DNA of 64,000 bases from Octopus vulgaris (taxonomy: Eukaryota), in the NCBI GenBank assembly GCA_951406725.2, contig OX597814.1, positions 178,684,001 to 178,748,000 of the forward strand, given 5' to 3'. Below are positions 1-10,428 of this stretch, piece after piece (positions within the stretch are counted from its first letter, which is position 1; each line of letters opens with the position of its first letter). Under the pieces are notes generated by a model. It ran no database searches. It saw only the letters and a program-made list of their open reading frames with translations, and was not told the DNA's origin. The position numbers were made by a program, and so were the translations under genes.

Positions 1-340
1 CTCTTCGTTTAACGTTGATATAGCCATGGCTGTGTACGTAATACCAACACGAAGAACATTTATTCTCTCACATTAAATTTCAGTACGCGTCAATCAATCA
101 CATTTCGTGTGAAGTGATATAAGATACGTTGGTGATGTTAGCACTGATTGCTTATAGCGCTGTCAGTTTTAGTAGTTTTATTAATATTAGTCTTATCGCT
201 GATGGTGGTAATGGTGGTGACGATGGTAACATCAATAGTGATAATCGTTTTCCGGTGACGGTGTATTTTGGCACGTTAAATGACAGCCAACAAATGCATG
301 AATACCGAAGCAGCTGATTTAAACGACAACTAAATAAAGA

Positions 341-348
341 TGACGTCA
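341..348. promoter_or_regulatory. Perfect palindromic CRE-type motif TGACGTCA
   Basis: Exact 8-mer in unique sequence, ~300 nt upstream of a possible minus-strand ATG at 27; function unproven. Confidence 0.2.
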
Positions 349-900
349 ATATTTAGGAGATAGCTGCAGAGATGAAAGATGCTGAGATTGAGGATGATTT
401 TCATGTCTACCTTCCCTTCTCTATAACTTAATCTCGACATCTATTTCGTAACGTATTCCTCTTTTTCCTCAAATTACTTTTATGTATAAACACACAGGTG
501 AAATCACATACGTGGATATATACATATTACGCTAAATCCAGTATTACATCATTTTAAAAACGTTTTTTTGAAGTATGCGTGGATTCCCTTTTTCTGTCAT
601 GCTGGAAGGTATCACTAGATTTGGTGAAACAAATGACAGAGAGAGAGATGCAGAGTGACGTGAGAGAGGAGGAGGAGGAGGTGAGAAAGAGAGAGGGCGA
701 GTAGGAGAGTTGAGAGAAAAAGAGGGAGTAATAAACAGAAGACGAGAGAGAAACAGAGAGACTGAGAGAGATAGACAGATAATAAGTGAGAGAACGATAG
801 TGTGTTAGGAAGAGAGATATATCTAGGTTTTAAATGCTACCTATCCGTAATATTTTCACTGAGTGAGAGTCACCAGCTACTGAAACACGCAAAATATCGT

Positions 901-902
901 TA

Positions 903-996
<94 letters not shown>

Positions 997-1000
997 AATC
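901..1000. repeat. (TATC)n microsatellite
   Basis: Direct reading. Confidence 0.95.
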
Positions 1001-1575
1001 TACGAGGGTGGGTTACTGGCTTTGAGAAAAAGAAAATACAAGAAGATCAGTTAAATATGATTTTATTTAATACTAGCAGTATCGCCCGGCGTTGCTCGGG
1101 TTTGTAAGGGAAATAACTATATAAGAATTTTTAGAGATGTAAAGTATAATAGCCATCTCAATATGGTTAACCACAAAGTGGGGTGTTACTGTAGCTTTTT
1201 ACGTTCTGAGATTTAATACGTTTTTAGAGAGTTAAATCCCTTATATAAACCGAGCGAAAATGCATTAAAAATGCGGAAAAATTATGTTAATTTTTTTTTA
1301 AATCTCAGACTCATCGTAGACGCGCGCTAATACCCAGAAAGGCTCGATATGAATCACGACTATAAGATACCCGCTTTTGGTTACACTGCACCGCAAAATG
1401 TGGGAGTAGTTAGGAATCTAAATCGTAGGAGACAGACACAACTTGACTTTTATATATAAAGATATACCCATCTTGGATTCACACACTTATTGCAGCGGTC
1501 TTTCAATTTTTCTAAACCACTTAAAATAACTCGGAAGGCTGGGCCTCCAACCGGGCCTTTCACGATACCGTAAAG
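1001..1575 (-). mobile_element. Mariner-type terminal remnant split by a Helitron insertion
   Basis: Starts TACGAGGG. Joining 1001-1072 to 1463 onward gives sequence collinear with the mariner end at 34561-34672, whose minus strand resembles the mariner C-terminus (NKCxNLRGxYVE). Confidence 0.7.
1073..1462 (-). mobile_element. Non-autonomous Helitron (~390 bp)
   Basis: Minus strand begins TCTTTATATATAAAAG and ends with hairpin CCCGAGCAACGCCGGG followed by CTAG; inserted between A and T with no TSD. Confidence 0.85.
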
Positions 1576-1589
1576 TCACACACACACAT

Positions 1590-1975
1590 CTTTTATCTTC
1601 TATCTTGTTTCGGTCAAGTGAGTACGGGCATGCTGGAACACAACCTTCAAGGGTTTTCTCCGAATAAATCGACTACTTACTTTTTTAAAGCCTAATACTT
1701 ATTCTATCGAACGCTGAGATGCTGGGTTGCGGAGACGTAAACATACCAACACCGGTTGTTAAGCGGTGGTAGCGGATAAGCACAGACCACAAAGATGCAT
1801 CAACATCGGTATACACACACAGACACACGCACACATTTACGACCGGCGTCTTTTAGTTTCCGTCTGCCAAATCCAGTAATAAGGTTTTTGTCAGTCCGAG
1901 GTTGTATTACAAGACATCTATCCAATTTTGCACGCAGTAGTACTGAACTCGGGACAATGTGGTTTGGAAACACGC
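1590..1975 (-). mobile_element. SINE family A (tRNA-derived, CORE-like, internal microsatellite), diverged copy
   Basis: Reverse-complement similarity to 9421-9815. Confidence 0.8.
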
Positions 1976-3089
1976 TGGCACTGTGTCGAACTTTGAAACC
2001 AATATTAATAGTCATGTTGCATCATTAAAGCGAAAGGCCTAGTGATTATACACAGAACTTCTTAAATAGCATGATAATGATTTTTGCTTTAACTTTTTTC
2101 TGAAGATTAATTTTGTTATTTATGGGACTTGTAATTCGTAAAATCAAAATGTAAGCACGATGATGGTCATGTGGTTTATTAAATACTAATTTACACACGC
2201 GTGCGCAAACGCACACACACACAAACATACAAATCACACCTCATTAGGCAATACTCACGTCTATAGTAAGTAAAATATGCAGTTGATCCCGGATCTTCCT
2301 TCCATTTTTAATTGAACATAAATCATAGGTTAGAAATAGCAACTGAACACTTCTATTATTGAAATAGCTGTCAGGCACTTTATTACCACTTACGATAGCA
2401 AAAGACTATTGTAAGTAGATATGACAAGTAAAGTAATAAATCTTTGTAAAGAAAACATGATGACCTTTGGGGCTTATATATATATATATGGTGAATCTTC
2501 TTTAGGCGCTTTCACTCCTTTCAAAAAAAAAAAAGGTGTTCGTTGTTTAATTCAATGTTGTTTGGGTGGAATTATGCTCAAAGATATACCAGCCGAGTCT
2601 TTTATTCTAACTTAAACTGTGCATGTGTAAAAATATATGATGCAAAATAATTCTTCCTTATTTTGAAGCATAAGTATATGTGTGAGATTGGTTTTTATTG
2701 CTATTTCGAATGATCGTGCAGCGAATCCAGCAATGGCTGTCCATAGATAGATTTGTTAATATATGAATTTTCTTTCACTGACAGAGCAGCAGCTTAAATT
2801 AACTGGATGGATTGACTAAAATATCTTAGATTTGATCTTTTAAAAGCAGTTCTGTACAATGTAAATCCTATAATTTTTATATGGGTAGAAATATAAGGGC
2901 AGGTACAATCGACCAAATTACTTGAATATATTTTTAGTCGTACCATTGTTGGTGAGAAGCATTTCTCATCCTGCAGGATCAGATAGTTTGGCGGAAACAG
3001 TCAAGATTAATCTGTGAAACTGGCGTTTAAACAACCGTAAATTAATTAACTGCAGAAGCAGAAACAGCGGAAACAGAGATTTAAATCAT

Positions 3090-3520
3090 TTATACATTCA
3101 TTAATTTATTTAACCACACAACGACACATTTATCCATCCGTTCATCGATAGATTCAATCATCCATCTACCAATTTATTCATTCATCTATCAGTCAATTGA
3201 TGGAATGATGGAACTGATTGATTGTCTCATTCAATGACTTTTCCATTCTTTCCACCATTTATTATTTCTTCTGTCCATCCAATCTTCCTTCATTTAACCA
3301 GCCATTCCTTTACTTGCTTACTCACCACCTGTTTAGTCATTCATCTTACAAATGCGTTCATTCATCTCTATAGAGAATTCATCTATTCCTACATCTATTC
3401 AATCATTTATTTATCAACCGTCCATTCTGTCACCCTATCATTCATTCATCTCTTTATTCTGTCATTCAACCATTCTGTGACTTTTCCGTGCATACGTTCA
3501 CTTATCCATTCATTCATCTG
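3090..3520. repeat. Degenerate (ATTC/ATCC)n simple-sequence region
   Basis: Recurrent cattcatt/atccatc motifs; explains ORF 3222..3551. Confidence 0.7.
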
Positions 3521-3720
3521 TATTGTGTGGAAAACAGATTATGTGTTGTAAAGCATAAAAAGAAAATAGAAAAACTCCTGTGCTTCCGGTCAGCTTTCCA
3601 TTATCATGTCATTTCGTTTTTTTTTTAACTTATCGACGCAAATAATTCTTGAACGGTCGGACATATCTGCACTAGTAGAAACATGTTATCCACTCCGATA
3701 TATATATATATATATATATA

Positions 3721-4318
3721 GCAAAATTAAGGAACGGCCATAATAGGCCGTTCAACCCACTAGAAATAGCAGCCAAGGCTTCAACCGCAAAACAATATTA
3801 ATTCCGTAAACCAGGAGAAAATTTAAAAAAACATTTACCCTGTAATACTTTATACAATGCATCGTTTCGTCTATTTATTTTTAATGGCAAATCAACCTGA
3901 TTAAATTAAATCAAGCTAATCTTCCATAGGCCAATAGATTCATCAGTAAAGTAAGCCAGACGGGACAGATATTTACACGAGGCAGCACCAATACTGTCTC
4001 GGCTATATCTGACCTAAAAATTTTCAAATCATCGTACTCGCGCCAAATTTATCGGCAGCAAATATAAGCTGCCGATTCCATTTCGGAATTAAACAGAAAA
4101 TTCATAATTAATCAATATAGGGTGGCAAAAAATTCAGCAGAAATTATTTGCCACCAGCGGCCTAGTGGGAAAAAAGTAAATAGTCAGAGACTATCAATAA
4201 ATTCAACAGCAAAATTAAGGAACGGCAATAATAGGCCGTTCAACCCACTAGAAATAGCAGCCAAGGCTTCAACCGCAAAACAATATTAATTCCGTAAACC
4301 AGGAGAAAATTTAAAAAA
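3721..4318 (-). mobile_element. Hammerhead-bearing retrozyme-like or Penelope pseudo-LTR-like element in (TA)n
   Basis: 110-bp direct repeats at 3721-3830 and 4209-4318 (one mismatch, period 488); flanked by (TA)n; several hairpins; hammerhead at 3846-3953. Confidence 0.75.
3846..3953 (-). ncRNA. Type I hammerhead ribozyme
   Basis: Minus strand reads TACTTTA-CTGATGA-aTCTATT...AATAGAc-GAAAC-gatgcatt-GTA-TAAAGTA: perfect 7-bp stem I, intact core, 6-bp stem II, short near-palindromic stem III, GUA cleavage triplet. Confidence 0.8.
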
Positions 4319-4524
4319 TTTAAAAAATTGATTAATTATATATATATATATATATATTTCCTCAAATGTTCTTATAGGTAAAATTAGCTTCAAAAGTGGG
4401 ATGTTCTAATGAAAGGTTGACGTACCATCAAACATTGAATTGCAATATTTTATCAAAACAAAACACGGTACAGTGATAAATCTATTTACAATTAATATTA
4501 TATGATTTATAAAAATAAAATAGC

Positions 4525-4554
4525 AAAAACAACAACAACAACAACAACAACAAC

Positions 4555-4592
<38 letters not shown>

Positions 4593-4609
4593 TAATAATA
4601 ATAATAATA
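4525..4609. repeat. (CAA)n-(TAA)n compound microsatellite
   Basis: Direct reading. Confidence 0.95.
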
Positions 4610-4745
4610 ACTTCCATACACTTCCAGAACACTTTCCATACAATAACCATCAGAGCATCACAACAAATCACAGCACATACCCAAGGCACACAGAGCTGCG
4701 CTCGGTAGTGAAGTGAAAGCACGCTATAAAAATAAAACTACTGAA
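4610..4745 (+). mobile_element. 5'-truncated 3' end of an R4/Dong-like non-LTR retrotransposon in (TAA)n
   Basis: Encodes SRTLSIQ-stop, similar to HILRKILSM-stop at 21274-21321; short 3' UTR ending in (TAA)n. Confidence 0.55.
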
Positions 4746-4760
4746 TAATAATAATAATAA

Positions 4761-5251
4761 TCATGTACATTGTTTTGTCTTGGTATAAAAGATGGGCTAC
4801 AGCAAATTTTCTGCTCAATACCACAGATTTGCTTGTCAGTTGTTTGACCGTAACCAGTTGAGCATGTCCCTTAGTGGCTGACGATATGTGCATCTCTGAT
4901 CACGAGCAGAAGTAGTGGGGGAGCATCATAGCCATGTGTTGAGAGGGATTGTTTGGGGTTTGAATAATTCACCTCTGGAAACATGGGTGTTTCGTTCAAC
5001 GTCCTTAAACAACCCTTATTCAGGGACCTTTTGAGCGGGATGGGTTACTCGATCTGAAGAAAATTCTAACTGGGCTCCACCTGCAAGGTCATGTGCTGTT
5101 TATCTTGATATGAGATCACCATGTCGCGCACATATGGTTGTGATGCATGTGCCTGGTGTACCCTTATCAGACGGGTAGTCATGATGGGTATACTGGGCTT
5201 CGTATATTTTACCCCAGTGTCACTTTGAAGGCATGCTCTGCTCGCTCACTC
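4761..5251 (+). mobile_element. GC-richer insertion bounded by (TAA)n on both sides, probable 3' UTR of a TAA-targeting LINE
   Basis: Sharp composition change and (TAA)n flanks; family not determined. Confidence 0.5.
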
Positions 5252-5313
<62 letters not shown>

Positions 5314-5329
5314 TGATGATAATGATAAT
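5252..5329. repeat. (TAA)n/(TGA)n microsatellite
   Basis: Direct reading. Confidence 0.95.
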
Positions 5330-5865
5330 CCTTTCTTCTCTAGGCACAAGGCCTGACATTTTGGGTGTAACTTCAAAGTATGTTTGTGCTCATGCTCGCG
5401 CAAAGACACTCACAAGACACCCTCCAGTTGAAATAAAAACGTTCGAAACCAACTAAGTTTGCTCACTCATAAAACAATTAATGTAAACCGCAAACTTATT
5501 GGTTAAAATAAAGGCGGGATTTATGCCAGTAATATCGGTGCGCCCGGCAAACTGTGACGTTTAAGTTGCTTGCGAATCGGTCAAAACCGTATTCGAAAAA
5601 TTCAGCTTGCTGGAGCGTTCTAAGCGATACTACAGTTGTCAGGAACTCAACTGTCAGCAAAATACATTTTGAAATCTGATGATTACTAAGAAAGTAAAGA
5701 TACATAGATATACTGTGTATAACCAGCCACTATGCACTCATTCATGTTAGCATGTAGATTAGAGGATCAGGAGACTGATGAATACCGTCGAAATCAGCGA
5801 AAATCTAGTTTATATTCACAAATATCTATCTATTTATATCTCTCTTCTGTGTGTGAGTGTGTATA

Positions 5866-5905
5866 GGTAGACAGACAGACAGACAAACAGACAGATAGAT
5901 AGAGG

Positions 5906-5971
<66 letters not shown>

Positions 5972-5972
5972 C
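5866..5972. repeat. (GACA)n-(GATA)n microsatellite
   Basis: Direct reading. Confidence 0.95.
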
Positions 5973-7032
5973 GGATGGAGGTATAGCTACGTACATGTGC
6001 ACACACAATCATGTGTAATGGTTAATAATTTTTATTTTAAAAAGAGGTTTATTTGTGGATTTAAATACAACATGCCACATGTTTTATCAAGTATCTACCA
6101 TCAGAAATTCTTTCGAAACGATTATTAAATGAACTTAGTCACTAGAAAACCATCTTACCAGAGGTGAATGCAGAAAATTAGCAAGGCATTCCGTTTGCAG
6201 AAAAGAATAGTGGTTGTTTATACAGAACACTGAAGAAATCACCTGGAAAACTGTATTACAAACGTAAATTCGTCTAACAATACACTGATTATTAGTGTGA
6301 ACATAGTTACGAATATCGACTTAAAGCTGCTTGCGTATTCGTCGCATGAACAATTACTTAATATTGTATCCAACGCTTACAATGAAGCATTCTGCCGAAG
6401 CCTTGGCAGGAAAATGTAAAATTCATTCACGATATGTTATTAACATGCTTGAAACGTCAGTTGGAACGTTTTAAAGGGTATAGCCTGCCATTTTACTTGC
6501 TGGCTTCTATCTCTGCATCCAAACCTTTGTCTTTGAAGTCTTACACAAACGTTATATTACCGACACAACTACCACAAGTTAATCAAAATATGCACATCTC
6601 ATGCTGCACAGCATACAATTTTGAACAAATACTTCCTAATTCAAATTTTTCGTACATATTTATCCATCTAATCCATCAGCACTATTCTATGTCTGATAAT
6701 TGCTACTGTATCGATACAAATGCTTGTCTACTAAAACGAAACTGTATTCGAACAAACTTATTAATCTGTGCCACGTTCAATACGATTTGCACAATTATTT
6801 GCTACGCAGTATTAACAATTAAGGTCTTTTAAAATGATATTTTTATATTTTCCTTCTGTGAACTAATTACAAGAACAAATACTAAGGTTTATATAGTAAT
6901 TAAAATAGATTGACTGCTTTATGATATAGTTGAGAACAACCAACAATTAGAATAGGCTCAGCTATAAGGGTGAGGTAATTGTATTCTCAATTGTTTTCTA
7001 TAAACCCTTTTGTTCTTGAATATTGTTTGTTA

Positions 7033-7245
7033 CTTCTCGAGCCATGCCTGGCTCATAAGGGCCGGTTTCCCGGTTTCCTTGGCGTATAGGTTCCCCACCT
7101 AGACGGGACGCCGGTCCGTCGCTGGTGAGTTGCAGGAGGAAAGAATGAGAGAAAGTTATGACGAAAGAGTCAGCAGAAGTTCGCCTTTACCTTTACTCCC
7201 TCGACCGCGAGTGCGCTGCTCTAACCACTGGGCTATGTGCCTCCA
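7033..7245 (-). mobile_element. tRNA-derived SINE, family C/V-like, internally deleted
   Basis: Minus head GGAGGCACATAGCCCAGTGGTTAGAGC (A box); body GACGGACCGGCGTCCCGTCTAGG resembles the V domain; terminal hairpin GAGCCAGGCATGGCTC. Confidence 0.65.
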
Positions 7246-8504
7246 CACTCTTGAACATTACGTAACCAATATATTCCCAATTCTTATTGCTTCACAGGGC
7301 TAAGCTTAAGTTGCATGTAGGCTTTCAAGTAAGAGAATGCAGAAAATCTTTAACTGGTGTTGATATATACAGTTAATTATTTTATAAGGATGTTTATATA
7401 ATAAAGAATTGATTTCTAAGATTACTTTGTCTTTGACGTTACAATAACTGTTGCAACAAGGGTTTCAATTTTTCATCTCTGTTTAATGTCGTGGCAGTTA
7501 CCCTTACTGAATATGTAGTATAGTTTTGTTTAAAGAGTATTCAAGGTGCAGCTAGAAAAGAGATAGAGACATGTTGATTTCGAATTGATTCTAGCTGTAT
7601 TACATTTAAAACTGATATTTTGATTTTATATTAGATTTCGGTATTTGTTTTTTTTATTTATAGTTAATTTTAAAACAAAAAAATAATCAATATAACCATA
7701 GAATACAAAATTCTTAATTAAAACAAAAAAAGATTTTGTTCAGAGTTGCTATAAAATATGTGGGCGGTTTATTTTATCGTTTGATTAAGTATAATTCAGT
7801 TGCATATGCAGTAAAAATTGTCTTGTGATCATTGATGTTAAAATAAGGACTTTACGCAGCGGGAGTATAGATTCTATCACCACAGTATAATTTTGTGCAA
7901 ATTTCCTTAGAAATGATATTAAAACGTGAATGCTGCTGGATACATCTTGTTTTATATCCATTTCAAATGGAGTAAAATAGGGGTGTGCGTGACATATCTC
8001 CTTGATAAATTCATGTGCATTCTTAATCGTATGAGATGTAACAAAGTTGATGTGATTAGATTTCAAAATCTTGTCGTTTCTTTTGGAAAGAATTACAAAT
8101 AAATATATTTTTAATCTTACAAAACACATTCCATTCTCTTTGAAAGTTACAGTAGAATCTATAGAGAAAAGTATAATCCTTTTTAACACCAGAAATTGTT
8201 CTTACATTTATGCGCAATCGAGTTTATCGCATAAAGAGAAATTAGGTATTTGACAATTTTCACGGAACTGGCCATATTAATTAGCAAACATTTTCGAGAT
8301 AGACATCAAAGGAAATTGTATATATTGCACATTGTATGGAACTAGTTGTGGCATCTTTTATTATTTTCCTCTTTATAAAAATATGAATATAAAATATGTT
8401 ATCTATTCATATTTTACTAAAAGAAATTGATAATCGCCAAAATTCAGCATTATATGATTCAGGATCTTATTGAGGATTGTAAAACTACATAAAATGTTGA
8501 AATA

Positions 8505-8531
8505 TCTCTTTCACTCTTTCTTTCTTTCTCC

Positions 8532-8595
<64 letters not shown>
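8505..8595. repeat. (CT)n microsatellite
   Basis: Direct reading. Confidence 0.95.
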
Positions 8596-8596
<1 letters not shown>

Positions 8597-8600
8597 AAAA

Positions 8601-9872
8601 CGAAGTGTTTTCAAAATGTTCCCGGAGTAGTTCTGTAGCGCACTAATAGTAGGCTTGACACGGTTGCGTGCTCTTTCAGAGCTAGCAGTTACCTTCATGA
8701 GGTTATATGCCGAGTGACATTGCTGCGTTTACTTAGAAAGTAGTGAACTTTGTGTTTTTGTTATCACGTGTATGCTGTTGGCTCCGATTTTGTCATGGAC
8801 AGGAACAGAGAGCAAACGTGAAATTTTGCTTTAAACTTAGGAAGTCTGTTACACAAATTTTGGGATTGCTTTAGCCAGCTTACAGCGACGAGGCAATGTG
8901 TCATACGCACAGTTTCGAGCGGCATGTACCCTTCGAAATCAGAACAACATTCCTGGAAGACGATGAGCGATATGGAAGACCTAGCACAAGCATCATCCCG
9001 CGCAAATGTGTTCTTGTGCATTGAGAATTTGACACCCAGGTCCAGAGCGTCAATCGAGAGTTCTACTGCGACGTTTTGAAGCGTCTGAGGGAGAACGTTC
9101 GGTGAAAGGACAGTCTGGTGGACATTCAGTGGAGCGCGAAGAATTGGACTCTTCACGACGATAATGCAGTCTGTCACCGAGCTCTCCTCATTCATGAGTT
9201 TCTTGCAAAAGACAATATGGTATCGCTTCCACACCAGATCTGCAGACTTCCCCTTCATCCCCAAGATGAAAATGCTGCAGAAAGATCACCGTTTTAACAC
9301 CGTTGTCTAGACCCAGAGCGAATCGCAGATTTCCAGGGCAGATTCCAAAAGTGCCAGGGACGCTGGGACCGTTGCATTGTTGCGCAAGGTGACTATTTTG
9401 AATGAGATGATGTTAAAACTTAGGCGTAGGAGTGGATGTGTGGTAAGTAGCTTGCTTACAAACCACATGGTTCCGGGTTCAGTCCCACTGCGTGGCACCT
9501 TGGACAAGTGTCTTCTACTATAGCCTCAGGCCGACCAAAGTTTTGTGAGTGGATATGGTAGACGGAAACTGAAGGAAGCCCGTCGTATATAAGGTAAGTG
9601 TGTATAAGTTTGTGTGTCTGTTTTTATCTTCCCAACATCGTTTGACAACCGATGCTGGTGTGTTTACGTCCCCGTCATTTAGCGGTTCGGCAAAAGAAAC
9701 CGATAGGCTTACAAAGTATCAGTCCTGGGGTCGATTTGCGCGACTAAAGGCGGTATTCCAGCATGGCCACAGTGAAATGACTGAAACAAGTAAAAGAGTA
9801 AAAGAGAGTAAGAGTAAATAAGTTACTTTATATTAAACAAGACCAGTCCTGGAACTTTTTGAGACCACTTCG
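8601..9872 (+). mobile_element. Degenerate mariner transposon interrupted by a SINE
   Basis: TIRs CGAAGTGTTTTCAAAATGTTCCCGG / CCTGGAACTTTTTGAGACCACTTCG-TA; frameshifted transposase motifs NVKFCFKL, LHDDNA, WDRCIVAQGDYFE. Confidence 0.88.
9421..9815 (+). mobile_element. SINE family A, near full length, nested in the mariner
   Basis: A/B-box-like head (TGGATGTGTGG, GGTTCAGTCCC); CORE-like GGCACCTTGGACAAGTG; internal TA/GT tract; tail CCAGCATGGCCACAGT...(GTAAAAGA)n. Confidence 0.9.
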
Positions 9873-10040
9873 TATGTATGTATGTATGTATGTATGTATG
9901 TATGTATGTATGTATGTATGTATGTATGTATGTATGTATGTATGTATGTATGTATGTATGCATGCATGTATGTATGCATGTATTTATGCGTGTATTTATG
10001 CGTGTATGTATGTTTGTATGTATGTATGCATGTATGTATG
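9873..10040. repeat. (TATG)n microsatellite
   Basis: Direct reading; starts at the mariner TA target site. Confidence 0.95.
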
Positions 10041-10345
10041 TCGTCCTTTTTAAATGAGAAATAGCTCAATGCAAGTAAAATTCCCAATAATGTGAATTCA
10101 AATTTTCGCGTGAAAAATGCCCGTACTCGAGGGATTTAATATTACATTTATCTCATTTAGTAAAAGGAGCCACACAAAATAGTGGACGGAGAGGAAATAT
10201 ATATGAAGTTTTGATGAAGAAATAGTAGAAATAAAGAAGATGGTTACTTTGAGAGACAGAGATACGATTCGGATGAAATTAGAAAAGGCCAAATCAATTT
10301 CTCATTTTGATGCATATTATGTGTGTATATGTAAGTGTGTGCCTG

Positions 10346-10347
<2 letters not shown>

Positions 10348-10398
<51 letters not shown>

Positions 10399-10428
10399 AA
10401 CACAGAGAGAGGGAAAGAGAGGAAGAGA
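10348..10428. repeat. (GA)n microsatellite
   Basis: Direct reading. Confidence 0.95.

Noticed and set aside
5770-5810. CTGATGA...GAAA hammerhead-like boxes
   Set aside because: No stem I or stem II pairing
6434-8189. ORFs of 132 aa and 134 aa as host genes
   Set aside because: AT-rich composition, no recognisable motifs or splice support
9421-9495. tRNA gene
   Set aside because: A/B-box-like motifs belong to a SINE head that continues into the SINE body; no full cloverleaf seen
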